Origin: Candidatus Methylomirabilis sp.
GTDB taxonomy: Bacteria; Methylomirabilota; Methylomirabilia; Methylomirabilales; Methylomirabilaceae
Assembly (NCBI GenBank): GCA_041498975.1
Contig: JBGQJI010000022.1
Location: 1 to 26,052, forward strand
Direction: 5' to 3'
DNA length: 26,052 nt
Shown here piece by piece: positions 16,177 through 25,151 of this stretch. The notes under the pieces are model-generated. The model was not told where the DNA came from and did not search any database. It saw only the letters and a list, made by a program, of their open reading frames with translations. Position numbers and translations under genes: made by a program. Numbering within the stretch: position 1 is the first letter of the stretch; each line of letters opens with the position of its first letter.

Positions 16177-17046
16177 GTGGACTTGCTTCTTGGCGCCCAC
16201 ATGTCGATCGCAGGAGGAGTTGATCTGGCGGCGCTGAGAGGCCAGAATGTCGGCTGTCGAGCCATCCAGCTCTTCACCAAGAGCAGCAATCAGTGGCGGG
16301 CCAGGCCGCTGCCGCCCGAGGAGATCGAGCGCTATCGAGCTAACCTTCAGGCTGCCGGAATCGCCCATACTGTGGCCCACGATTCGTACCTGATCAATCT
16401 CGCCTCGACTGACCCTCCGGTATATCAGAGGTCGATGGCAGGCTTCCAGGAGGAGCTGGAGCGGGCGGAAGCGCTGGGCATTCCCTATCTGGTGACCCAT
16501 CCCGGGGCCCACATGGGGGCCGGCGAGGAGACAGGGTTACGTCAGGTGGCGAATAGCATCCGGGACCTTTTGAAGCGGACGAAAGGCTACCGCGCGCAGG
16601 TGGTTCTCGAGACCACCGCCGGCCAGGGGACCAGCTTGGGCCACCGCTTCGAGCAGATTACGGCCATCCTGGATCAAATCGGCCTCCCGGAGCGGACCGG
16701 GGTCTGCCTGGACACCTGCCACCTCTTCGCCGCCGGCTACGATATCAGGACACCCCAGGGATACGCCGACGTCCTTGGGGCATTCGACCGGATCGTGGGG
16801 ATCTCCCACCTGAAGGTCATACACCTCAACGACAGCAAAAAAGGGCTAGGGTCTCACGTGGACCGCCACGAACATATCGGCAAGGGGGCGATCGGCCTCG
16901 AGGCCTTCCGCTGCCTCGTGACCGACCCCCGTCTGCGGGGACTGCCGATGATCCTCGAGACCCCGAAAGATGGCGACTTCGTGCTGGCCGATCGCCGCAA
17001 TCTCGACACCCTGCTACGCCTGGTCCAAGAGGCGCATGCCGCCTGA
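16177..17046 (+). CDS. nfo: Endonuclease IV (AP endonuclease family 2)
   Basis: GAHMSIAGG, HDSYLINL, HPG, ETTAGQG, CLDTCH, HLNDSK, DRHEHIG and ETP. Start approximate (GTG 16177 or TTG 16183). Confidence 0.96.
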   Translation: MDLLLGAHMSIAGGVDLAALRGQNVGCRAIQLFTKSSNQWRARPLPPEEIERYRANLQAAGIAHTVAHDSYLINLASTDPPVYQRSMAGFQEELERAEALGIPYLVTHPGAHMGAGEETGLRQVANSIRDLLKRTKGYRAQVVLETTAGQGTSLGHRFEQITAILDQIGLPERTGVCLDTCHLFAAGYDIRTPQGYADVLGAFDRIVGISHLKVIHLNDSKKGLGSHVDRHEHIGKGAIGLEAFRCLVTDPRLRGLPMILETPKDGDFVLADRRNLDTLLRLVQEAHAA

Positions 17047-17689
17047 CGTCTCCGGGTTTGAGTTCGTCGACCAATCTCAGCCGCCGAGCGACCTTCCCAT
17101 CTTCCCGCTCCCGAATGTGGTCCTCTTCCCGAACATGGTCCTGCCACTCCACATCTTCGAGGAACGGTACAAGCGGATGATCCATGACTGTCTGCAGGCC
17201 GACCGGTACCTCGGGATCTTCCTGCTCAGAAAGGGATGGGAACAGGCCAACGACCCGCAGCCCTACGACGTTGGCGGGTTTGGTCAGATCACCCGCGCCG
17301 TCAAACTGCCGACCGGCAACTATGAAATCGTGGTTCGAGGCCTCGGAAGAGCTCGGGCCATCTCGTATACGCAGGAAATTCCATACAGGCGCGCGGTGGT
17401 TGAGCTTATTGAAAACGGGGGAGAAGATTCAGCGGAACTGCGAGCCCTAGCCGCTTCCATGGTGGAGCGGCTGAACAGGGTCCTGACTCTCCGGCCGGGC
17501 CTTGGCACAGAATTCCAGACCCACCTCAAACTGCTCGCCAGCCCGAGGGACCTCGGCTACGCGGTGGCCGCTCACTACCCGGACCTGACGGTCTATGATC
17601 GACAATCGATTCTGGAACTCAGAAGCGTCGAGGCGCAACTCCGTCAACTCAACCGCTTCCTGAACCGGGACCTCGCCCGGCTGAACTAA
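17036..17689 (+). CDS. Stand-alone Lon N-terminal (substrate-binding) domain protein
   Basis: LPIFPLPNVVLFPNMVLPLHIFEERYKRMI...PYRRA...RQSILE. No AAA or protease domain. The ATG overlaps the end of nfo. Confidence 0.9.
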   Translation: MPPDVSGFEFVDQSQPPSDLPIFPLPNVVLFPNMVLPLHIFEERYKRMIHDCLQADRYLGIFLLRKGWEQANDPQPYDVGGFGQITRAVKLPTGNYEIVVRGLGRARAISYTQEIPYRRAVVELIENGGEDSAELRALAASMVERLNRVLTLRPGLGTEFQTHLKLLASPRDLGYAVAAHYPDLTVYDRQSILELRSVEAQLRQLNRFLNRDLARLN

Positions 17690-17709
17690 CGCAAACGCAG
17701 AAAGCCATG

Positions 17710-17792
17710 TGTCATCGCGAGGGAGCAAAGCGACCGAAGCGATCTCAAACACCGCGACATTGCCACGCTCCTTTCAGTCGCTCGCAATGACA
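17710..17792. repeat. Palindromic REP-like element
   Basis: TGTCATCGCGAG...CTCGCAATGACA imperfect inverted repeat, between convergent genes. Confidence 0.75.
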
Positions 17793-17817
17793 ATGTAAGA
17801 GGATCAATGGGATCGCC

Positions 17818-18243
17818 CTAGTATAAAGTCGGACCCTGGGGCCGATCCCATCGCGCGGGGCGACGGCGCAGGGCCGTCGCCATCCCACCAGCCAAGAGCA
17901 ATCCAAGCAAGATCATCCCCCACTCGGACAGGGTGGGGATCGTCGGAGTTGGCCCCGCCACACTGCTTGCCAGAAAAATCTCGTAATTGCCGTCGCCGTT
18001 GCCGGGACTGCCCGGGGTAAGGTCGCGGTCAAACTGGAAGGCAATCCGGGTCCCGGCGGCGTTGACCGAGGAAGCGGGGAAGAGGTCCCTAACCCGGTCA
18101 GCGCCCCCGATGGTATTGGTCATCTGGGTTATCGTGAAAGGCTCCGCCTGAGCAAGGTGTGGCAACGTCCAGCCGAAAAAACACGCAAGGACGACTACAA
18201 GCGTGACTCCCGCCCGTCGATGTCTGCCTATCAACCGAGCCAT
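17818..18243 (-). CDS. IPTL-CTERM sorting-signal protein with a single TolB/PD40-like repeat
   Basis: Signal peptide, then SVNAAGTRIAFQFDRDL...GNYEIFLA, then IPTLSEWGMILLGLLLAGG...RRR. ATG 18243 follows AAGGGG. Confidence 0.75.
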   Translation of the reverse strand: MARLIGRHRRAGVTLVVVLACFFGWTLPHLAQAEPFTITQMTNTIGGADRVRDLFPASSVNAAGTRIAFQFDRDLTPGSPGNGDGNYEIFLASSVAGPTPTIPTLSEWGMILLGLLLAGGMATALRRRPARWDRPQGPTLY

Positions 18244-18274
18244 CACACCCCTTGTTTGACTATCCACCTCCGCT

Positions 18275-18323
18275 CCCCTCAACCTCCCCTTCTCCCCTCC
18301 GGGGAGAAGGTAGGGATGAGAGG
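18275..18323. repeat. Palindromic REP-like element or hairpin (possible terminator)
   Basis: CCCCTCAACCTCCCCTTCTCCCC-TCC-GGGGAGAAGGTAGGGATGAGAGG inverted repeat. Confidence 0.65.
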
Positions 18324-18371
18324 TCTCGCTCGACCCAATGTAATGAAGCTAACAACAAGTTGTCTGCATTG

Positions 18372-19316
18372 TCAGTGTGCAGTCTCCTTGCTGGCGTCTG
18401 TGACTTCCTGCGCCAGCTTCGCCAGCGTCGCCGAGGCTGGCGCTTTCTGAAACGCCGAACGGACCTTGCGCCGCGACCACAGCCCCGACTCGGTGATGAC
18501 CCCGGTGATCATGTCAAGCGGCGTGAACTCGAAATATCGATTGCGCACCTGCAGCGCCTCATGCCTTGCCTCATAAATCTCGCCGGGGGGGCGGTCAGGA
18601 ATGCGCAGCAACGGGACCAAGGACGGCGGCAGGAGTTTGTCGAGCGAGGCGGCGATGTAGAAGGGCCGGCCTATCGCCTTGGCCGCGAGGGCCAGCGGAT
18701 AGGTCCCGATCTTGTTGATCGCCCCGTCTTCGACCACTGCGTCCGCGCCAACCAATACGAGATCGGCCTCACGGACGAGACCCGGGAGGGCGGAATCCGC
18801 GCAGAGCTGGACCGGAGCGGCGGCGGCGGCAAGGGCTTCGGCCAGTCGGATCCCCTCGAACGCGGGCCGACCCTCCGAGCAGAGGATGCGGATCCCCTTT
18901 CCTGCCTCGTGCGCGGCCAGGAGGGCCCGAAGCACGGTCGAGCTGAACGAGTGCACGAGAACCGCACTCCCTTCGGGAAGCCGATCCGAGCAGGTCTCTG
19001 CAAGCCGATCCAGACGCAGCTCGGTTTCGAGGCCCATCTGCTCCAGTTCTGCCGCGAGCCCTGCGAGGACCGGATCGGGCTCACCCACTTGCTCAAGCTT
19101 CAGCCAGAGGTGATTTAAGAGGGTGATGATCGGCGCCATGGCGGGTTGAGCATCGAGGATGCGCCGGGTGAGCGAGAGCAGGCGTTCGGCACACCCTTCC
19201 CCACCCTTCTTTTCTCGTAGGTACCGCGACAGGAGGGAGGACGCAAGCCGGGTCAGCTCCTGTGCTCCCGACGTCCTGTCCTTGGCCAACTTGTCGAGCA
19301 ACGGCTCCCATGTCAT
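18372..19316 (-). CDS. eIF-2B alpha/beta/delta / MtnA-family (IF-2B) protein
   Basis: SGA, QPAMA, HSFSSTV, EGRPAFEG, VGAD, NKIGT and NRYFEFTP. Start MTWEPLL at 19316. Confidence 0.9.
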   Translation of the reverse strand: MTWEPLLDKLAKDRTSGAQELTRLASSLLSRYLREKKGGEGCAERLLSLTRRILDAQPAMAPIITLLNHLWLKLEQVGEPDPVLAGLAAELEQMGLETELRLDRLAETCSDRLPEGSAVLVHSFSSTVLRALLAAHEAGKGIRILCSEGRPAFEGIRLAEALAAAAAPVQLCADSALPGLVREADLVLVGADAVVEDGAINKIGTYPLALAAKAIGRPFYIAASLDKLLPPSLVPLLRIPDRPPGEIYEARHEALQVRNRYFEFTPLDMITGVITESGLWSRRKVRSAFQKAPASATLAKLAQEVTDASKETAH

Positions 19317-19350
19317 CGGCGACCCCCCGGTGGTTGCTTCGGGCGGGGCC

Positions 19351-19379
19351 ATGATATGGAAGGGGGACCGGCAGCGCAA
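19351..19379 (-). promoter_or_regulatory. Putative sigma70 promoter
   Basis: Minus strand TTGCGC-17 nt-TATCAT, about 35 nt upstream of 19316. Confidence 0.45.
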
Positions 19380-19552
19380 GTTAATTCTCGGGTGCCATGC
19401 GCCCATCGCCCCTCCACGCCGGAGCCTGGCCACCGTGCAGCAGGGCACCGCCGCGGAACCGGAGCCTTCCGGTCCCCCGCCTAATGGGCATCCACCCTCG
19501 CCGCGGCGACAGTTTGGACATGGTTTGGCCCGAGATCCTTCGAGGTTTTTAG

Positions 19553-19581
19553 TTGAAATCACCCTGAAAAAGAGTTAACGT
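19553..19581 (+). promoter_or_regulatory. Putative sigma70 promoter of the ftsEX operon
   Basis: TTGAAA-17 nt-TAACGT in an AT-rich patch. Confidence 0.45.
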
Positions 19582-19675
19582 TGCACCGCATGCGCAGGGA
19601 GGGTGAGCGTCGGGCCTGTGGCCCTGCCCCAGGCAGGTGGAATAGAAGAAGGAGATCGACCAGGGCTGCTCCGCC

Positions 19676-20338
19676 ATGATCCAGATGTTCCATGTCTACA
19701 AGGCGTTTGGAAAAGATCTGGAAGCCCTGGTCGATGTCAACCTGCATATTCACAAAGGAGAGTTTGTTTTCCTGGCAGGTTCCAGCGGTGCCGGCAAGAG
19801 CACGTTACTCCGCCTGATCTTCCGCGACGAGCTTCCCACCTCAGGCCATATCCTGGTGAACGGCCGCAACATCGTCCGCATGAAACCACGGGCGGTGCCG
19901 CATCTGAGACGGACACTCGGGATCGTCTTTCAGGACTTCAAGCTCCTTCGCGACCGAAGCGTGGAGGAGAATCTGGCTTTAGTCGCGCGTGTCGTCGGCA
20001 TGCCAACTGTGGAGGGGCAGCGCAGGGTTGCCCAACTGCTGAAGCTAGTGGGACTTTCTCACAAGGCAAAGACGCCGCCCTACAAGCTCTCCGGCGGCGA
20101 ACAACAACGGGTGGCGATCGCCAGGGCACTGATGAATGATCCGCTCATCCTCCTGGCCGACGAACCGACCGGGAACCTGGACCCCGAACTGGCGACGGAT
20201 GTCACCCGGCTTTTGCTTGAGGTCAATGCGCGCGGGACCACTGTCTTGGTGGCGACTCACGATCTGAAGCTGGCACAGGAGGCGGGCCGCCGCACCGTGT
20301 TCCTCAAGCAGGGAAAGATCGTGGAGGAATCGCACTGA
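19676..20338 (+). CDS. ftsE: Cell division ATP-binding protein FtsE
   Basis: GSSGAGKST, VFQDFKLL, LSGGEQQRVAIARA, LADEPTGNLD and ATHD. Lies upstream of ftsX. Confidence 0.95.
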   Translation: MIQMFHVYKAFGKDLEALVDVNLHIHKGEFVFLAGSSGAGKSTLLRLIFRDELPTSGHILVNGRNIVRMKPRAVPHLRRTLGIVFQDFKLLRDRSVEENLALVARVVGMPTVEGQRRVAQLLKLVGLSHKAKTPPYKLSGGEQQRVAIARALMNDPLILLADEPTGNLDPELATDVTRLLLEVNARGTTVLVATHDLKLAQEAGRRTVFLKQGKIVEESH

Positions 20339-20416
20339 GTAGCCCCTGTCACAATGGCGCTTGATTGAATGACAGGGGACTCTGATGAAACTCATCGCGA
20401 GGGCCTAACACACACC

Positions 20417-21313
20417 ATGCCCGAGAAGCTGAAACATATCTTCGCGCACGCTTTGATCAACCTCGTTCGCGCCGGGTGGGGCGGGCTTGCCTCGATCGCA
20501 ACCATCGGGGTGTCGTTTGTGATCATCGGCATCTTTCTCCTGTTGATCCTGCATTTCAACGCCCTTGTCGCCGAATGGAAGGAACAATTCCAGGTATCTG
20601 TCTTCTTGGATGACAAGATCACCCCGACGCAATTGGAGATCCTCGGGAAACGGATCCAGAATGAGGCGGCCGTCAAGGCCATTGCCTTCACGACCAAAGA
20701 GGAGGCGCTGGTCACCTTCCGGCGAGAGCTCAGAGGCCAGGAGAGCCTCCTCGAGGGGTTGGGCGATAACCCGCTCCCGGCTTCGTTCCAGCTCAAGATC
20801 CGCGAAGGGTACCAGAGCCCGGACGCGCTCAGGAGACTCAGTGCGTTCCTCAGTCGCCTCGAGGGGGTGGAGGATGTCCAGTACGGGCAAGATTGGATCG
20901 AGCGCATCTCCAACGCCGCGCGAATCATGAAGCTGCTCGGCATCATGATCGGGTCGGTGCTGACGCTGGGGTCAGCCATGATCGTTTCGAACACCATTCG
21001 ACTCGCCGTCTATGCCCGCGCTGCCGAGATCGAGATCATGCGGCTGGTGGGCGCAACCAAGGCATACGTCCGGGCCCCCTTTGTGTTGGAGGGGATGCTG
21101 CAGGGCAGCCTGGGCGCCCTCCTGGCCCTGGGCCTGCTGTTTGCCGCCTACCGATTCGTCGCGCCGACCTTCAACCTGGTCTCCCCGATCTTCCAGGCGG
21201 CGGGAGACCGGGGATTCCTGGAGTCCTCGATGATGGCGGGTCTGGTGGGCGGAGGAGCGGTGATCGGCGCCCTGGGCAGCGTGATGGCTGTCGGCCGCTT
21301 TCTCCGGGTGTAG
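20417..21313 (+). CDS. ftsX: Cell division permease FtsX
   Basis: DNPLPASF, NTIRLAVYARAAEIEIMRLVGAT..VRAPFVLEG and 4 TM segments. Start probably ATG 20417; 20369 is an alternative. Confidence 0.95.
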   Translation: MPEKLKHIFAHALINLVRAGWGGLASIATIGVSFVIIGIFLLLILHFNALVAEWKEQFQVSVFLDDKITPTQLEILGKRIQNEAAVKAIAFTTKEEALVTFRRELRGQESLLEGLGDNPLPASFQLKIREGYQSPDALRRLSAFLSRLEGVEDVQYGQDWIERISNAARIMKLLGIMIGSVLTLGSAMIVSNTIRLAVYARAAEIEIMRLVGATKAYVRAPFVLEGMLQGSLGALLALGLLFAAYRFVAPTFNLVSPIFQAAGDRGFLESSMMAGLVGGGAVIGALGSVMAVGRFLRV

Positions 21314-21335
21314 CCAGCGAGCAGCGCAGGGGACG

Positions 21336-22571
21336 ATGGCTCGATCACTCTTCACGATCCGGACCGGGGCGGCTGTGATAGCGGCCCTCCTGCTCTGTCC
21401 CTCTCCAGGCCTGGCAGCCAAGAAAGAGCCGGAGCCCTCGTCGCGCCTCCGCGACAAGCGCCAGGAGCTGACCAAGGTCAGGCGGGAGCTTGATCTGGAG
21501 CGGAAGCAGGCGAAGCTGGTGGCCCGAAAAGAGCAGTCCCTTTTCGAGGAGCTGGATCGGATCGATCGACAGCTTCAGCAGAAGGGTCAGGAGCTCAAGG
21601 CGTTGCAGGCCAAGCTCCGAACCAGCACGGAACGGCTTCACGCCATCCAGAAGGAGATCAGGCTGACCCAGACGCAGCTCGACCAGATCAAGGGCCTGTT
21701 TCGGAGGCGCATTCGCGCCATGTACAAGCAGGGACGGCACGGGTATGTGCAGGCCCTCCTCTCCTCGGAGGACCTGTCGGGCGCCGGTCGCCGGATACGA
21801 TACCTCGCTGCGATCGCCAACCAGGATCAGCGGATGGTCGCTGCCTACACAGCGGGGCTCGAGACCCTTCAAACGCAACAGGCCGAACTGGAACATTCGA
21901 AAGCGGAGCTCACGCTGAGTCAGAAGGCCGTCGCGGCAAAGCGCGAAGAGATCCTCGGTGAGCAACGTGCCAGGCGAGTCCTGCTGGCGAAAGTTCAAGA
22001 GCAGAAGAAGGGGCATCTTGCCGCCATCCGCCAATTGGAGCTGGCTGCCCACGAGCTGCAGGGACTGATCGGTCGCCTGCAGCGCGAGAAGCGGCCTCAG
22101 AGCGGCAGAGCGCCTGCCCCCGAGCCTTCGGGAGTCCCCGTCCCTCCGGAAGGGAGCGTGGCGGCCTTTGCCTCGCTGAAGGGCCGCCTGCCCTGGCCGA
22201 CTTCCGGCGCCCTGGCCTCCACGTTCGGGCGGCAGGAGCACCCGCTCTACAGGACGGTGACCTTTAACCGTGGGATCGAGATCAACGCCCCGGAGGGGCA
22301 AAAGATCGTCGCGGTCACCGACGGCATCGTGCTGTACGCCGACTGGTTCAAGGGGTACGGACGTTTGATCGTTCTCGACCATGGAGGGGGATACTACACG
22401 GTCTATGCGCACGCTGCGGAGATCCTGGTCAGGATAGGCGATCGGGCGGCGAAAGGGCAGTCCATCGGGTTGGTCGGCACCAGCGGCTCGGTGGCTGGCT
22501 CACAACTCTATTTCGAAGTGCGACATCGGGGCAGGCCCCAGGATCCCATCGCGTGGCTTGCACCCAATTGA
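21336..22571 (+). CDS. envC: Murein hydrolase activator EnvC (coiled coil plus M23 domain)
   Basis: Signal peptide, long coiled coil, KGRLPWP, degenerate M23 site (NRGIEI, LYFEVR). Lies downstream of ftsEX. Confidence 0.9.
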   Translation: MARSLFTIRTGAAVIAALLLCPSPGLAAKKEPEPSSRLRDKRQELTKVRRELDLERKQAKLVARKEQSLFEELDRIDRQLQQKGQELKALQAKLRTSTERLHAIQKEIRLTQTQLDQIKGLFRRRIRAMYKQGRHGYVQALLSSEDLSGAGRRIRYLAAIANQDQRMVAAYTAGLETLQTQQAELEHSKAELTLSQKAVAAKREEILGEQRARRVLLAKVQEQKKGHLAAIRQLELAAHELQGLIGRLQREKRPQSGRAPAPEPSGVPVPPEGSVAAFASLKGRLPWPTSGALASTFGRQEHPLYRTVTFNRGIEINAPEGQKIVAVTDGIVLYADWFKGYGRLIVLDHGGGYYTVYAHAAEILVRIGDRAAKGQSIGLVGTSGSVAGSQLYFEVRHRGRPQDPIAWLAPN

Positions 22572-22582
22572 CACGAAAGGAC

Positions 22583-22658
22583 AGGGTCTAGGGTGGAGGG
22601 TCTAGGGTTGAGAGCCAATGGGGATCCCCTGAACCCTGAACCCTATACCCTAAACCCT
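22583..22658. repeat. Inverted arrays of heptamer repeats (AGGGTnn)x4 ... (nnACCCT)x4
   Basis: AGGGTCT AGGGTGG AGGGTCT AGGGTTG ... GAACCCT GAACCCT ATACCCT AAACCCT. Confidence 0.8.
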
Positions 22659-22675
22659 TCTCTTAGGAGGAATCG

Positions 22676-24016
22676 ATGATGTTCGGAGGCATCGTCCGGA
22701 ACGGGTGGAAGAGCATGGTCGCGGGCATCACCCTGGCTCTGCTGATCATCAGTGGAGGCGGCCGCCATGAGGTCACTGCTGTCGAAGACAGCTACGAGCG
22801 GCTAAAGGTCTTCACGGAGGTCCTTTCGCTGATTCAGGCTAATTACGTGGATGAGACCAAGCCGCGCGACCTGATCTACGGCGGAATTAAGGGGATGTTG
22901 GAGACGCTCGATCCCCACAGCTCCTTCATGTCGCCCGATCTCTTCAAAGAGATGCAGGTGGAGACCCAGGGCTCTTTCGGCGGCCTGGGGATCGAGATTA
23001 CGGTCAAGGACCGGCAGCTTACGGTGGTGGCCCCGATCGAAGGGACCCCCGCCGATCGGGCCGGGCTTCATCCGGGGGACCGGATCGTGAAGATCGACGG
23101 GAACCCGACAAAGGACATGACCTTGATGGACGCGGTGAAAAAGCTCCGGGGTCCAAAGGGCACCAGCGTCACCCTGACCATTCTCCGTGAGGAGTCTCCC
23201 GGCCCATTCGAGCTGTCGCTGGTCCGGGAGGTCATCGAGGTGAAGAGCGTCAAGTCCAAGGACCTCGGCGACGGGATCGCCTACATCCGGATCAGCTCAT
23301 TTCAAGAGCGGACCGGAAAGGACCTCGTGAAGGCGATCGAGCAATTCACACAGAACGGGATGTCGGCATTGGTGTTGGATCTTCGCAATGACCCCGGCGG
23401 CCTCCTCAATCAGGCCGTGCAGGTGGCCGACCTGTTCCTGGACAAGGGCCAGCTCATCGTGTATACCGAAGGCCGGATCAAAAACCAGGATCTCCGCTTT
23501 TCGGCTGAACATGGGGCTCAAACTCCCAAGGTCCCGATGGTGGTCCTGGTGAATGGTGGCTCCGCCAGCGCCTCCGAGATCGTCGCGGGCGCGCTGCAGG
23601 ACTGGAAGCGGGCGGTGGTGCTTGGGACAAAGACATTCGGCAAGGGCTCCGTGCAGACGGTTATTCCGCTGAGCGATGGCTCCGGCCTGCGCCTGACTAC
23701 AGCGAAGTACTTCACACCGAAGGGACGGTCGATCCACGGCACCGGGCTCATGCCTGATATCATCGTGGAGGTGCCGCGTCCCACCCTGTCCAAGGCCCAG
23801 CCCGGCCAAGGCGAAAAGGAGGGTGAGGCGGGGAAGGAGCGGCCCGAGGTACGCCAGGAGCGGAAGATCTCCGAAGAGGAGGGAGACCCGAACCTGCAGA
23901 TCGGCAAGAAAGAGGGACCTGATCCCAACACCGACGTCCAATTGACACGGGCGATGGAGATTCTGAAGGCGAGCCGGATCCTGGAAAAGGGGTTCGCGAA
24001 GGGCAATGCGGGGTGA
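22676..24016 (+). CDS. ctpA: C-terminal processing protease (S41A)
   Basis: LDPHS, GGLGIEI (PDZ), DLRNDPGG, SASASEI and TFGKGSVQ. AGGAGG RBS. Confidence 0.95.
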   Translation: MMFGGIVRNGWKSMVAGITLALLIISGGGRHEVTAVEDSYERLKVFTEVLSLIQANYVDETKPRDLIYGGIKGMLETLDPHSSFMSPDLFKEMQVETQGSFGGLGIEITVKDRQLTVVAPIEGTPADRAGLHPGDRIVKIDGNPTKDMTLMDAVKKLRGPKGTSVTLTILREESPGPFELSLVREVIEVKSVKSKDLGDGIAYIRISSFQERTGKDLVKAIEQFTQNGMSALVLDLRNDPGGLLNQAVQVADLFLDKGQLIVYTEGRIKNQDLRFSAEHGAQTPKVPMVVLVNGGSASASEIVAGALQDWKRAVVLGTKTFGKGSVQTVIPLSDGSGLRLTTAKYFTPKGRSIHGTGLMPDIIVEVPRPTLSKAQPGQGEKEGEAGKERPEVRQERKISEEEGDPNLQIGKKEGPDPNTDVQLTRAMEILKASRILEKGFAKGNAG

Positions 24017-24020
24017 GTGG

Positions 24021-24080
24021 AGCGATCAGCGGTCAGCATTCAGCCGTCAGCCACCAGCTGGTAGCTGACTGCTGAGGGCT
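24021..24080. repeat. Inverted heptamer arrays (AGCnnTC)x5 ... (GAnnGCT)x3
   Basis: AGCGATC AGCGGTC AGCATTC AGCCGTC AGCCACC ... GGTAGCT GACTGCT GAGGGCT. Confidence 0.7.
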
Positions 24081-24097
24081 AGCGAGAGGTATTTACG

Positions 24098-25141
24098 ATG
24101 GGACACCTAACCCTGGGTATTGAAACCTCATGCGACGAAACGGCCGCAGCGGTGGTTGAGGATGGCCGGCGAATCCGTTCCTCCGTGATCGCCTCTCAGG
24201 ACGCCATCCACGCCCCCTACGGCGGGATCGTTCCTGAGCTGGCCTCGCGGCGGCACATCGAGGCCATCTGGCCGGTGGTCCAGGAGGCACTCACCAGGGC
24301 GGGGGCAACCCTCGCCGATCTCGACGGGATCGCGGCCACGGCGGGACCCGGGTTGATCGGGTCGCTCCTGGTCGGACTTTCCTTCGGCAAGGCCCTCGCT
24401 TTCGCCCTCGATATTCCACTGGTGGGCGTGAACCACCTCGAGGGCCACCTCCACGCGGCACTGCTGGAGCATGAGGGACTGGCTTTTCCCTTCACAGGCC
24501 TTGTCGCATCCGGTGGCCACACGCACCTCTACGCGGCGATGGCTCCCGGGGAGTATCGCCTGCTCGGTCGCACCAGGGATGATGCCGCAGGAGAGGCCTT
24601 CGATAAGGTAGCCAAGTTCCTTGGTCTTGGCTATCCAGGAGGGCCGGCGATCGAGGAGCTGGCCCGAAAGGGCGACCCGGATTCCATCCGATTCCCCAGG
24701 CCGATGCCGCAGCGAGTATCGTACGATTTCAGCTTCAGCGGCCTGAAGACCGCGGTCGTGAATTACGTGCGGGGTGCGAGGTGCGAGGTGCGAGGTGCGG
24801 AGGGAGCCGACCTAGACCCTGTCTTGGTGGCGGATATCTGCGCTAGCTTTCAAGAGGCTGTGGTGGACACGCTGGTTCGGGTAACAGTGGCGGCGGCGAA
24901 AGCGTCCGTCGCCCCGCGCCGCATCGTCCTGGCGGGAGGCGTGGCCTGTAATGGGAGGCTCCGGTCGAAATTGACCCAACGGGCAGCGGAGGACACCATC
25001 GAAGTGTACTACCCCGATCCCTCCCTCTGCACAGACAACGCCGCCATGATCGCAGCCGCTGGGTACCCTCGCCTTCTTCGCGGTGAGCGCGCCCCGCTCC
25101 CATTCAACGCCGACGCCGACCTGGCCCTCGGGCTGACCTAA
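24098..25141 (+). CDS. tsaD: tRNA N6-threonylcarbamoyltransferase subunit TsaD
   Basis: LGIETSCDET, GGIVPELASRRH, HLEGH, SGGHT, DDAAGEAFDKVA, SFSGLKT and TDNAAMI. Confidence 0.97.
   Translation: MGHLTLGIETSCDETAAAVVEDGRRIRSSVIASQDAIHAPYGGIVPELASRRHIEAIWPVVQEALTRAGATLADLDGIAATAGPGLIGSLLVGLSFGKALAFALDIPLVGVNHLEGHLHAALLEHEGLAFPFTGLVASGGHTHLYAAMAPGEYRLLGRTRDDAAGEAFDKVAKFLGLGYPGGPAIEELARKGDPDSIRFPRPMPQRVSYDFSFSGLKTAVVNYVRGARCEVRGAEGADLDPVLVADICASFQEAVVDTLVRVTVAAAKASVAPRRIVLAGGVACNGRLRSKLTQRAAEDTIEVYYPDPSLCTDNAAMIAAAGYPRLLRGERAPLPFNADADLALGLT
24767..24801 (+). repeat. Intragenic heptamer tandem repeat (GTGCGAG)x5 in tsaD
   Basis: GTGCGGG GTGCGAG GTGCGAG GTGCGAG GTGCGGA. Confidence 0.8.
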
Positions 25142-25151
25142 GAGGACATCC

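Noticed and set aside
22583..22658. CRISPR-like or true telomeric array
   Set aside because: Units are 7 nt with no spacers and no cas genes, and they lie inside an operon.
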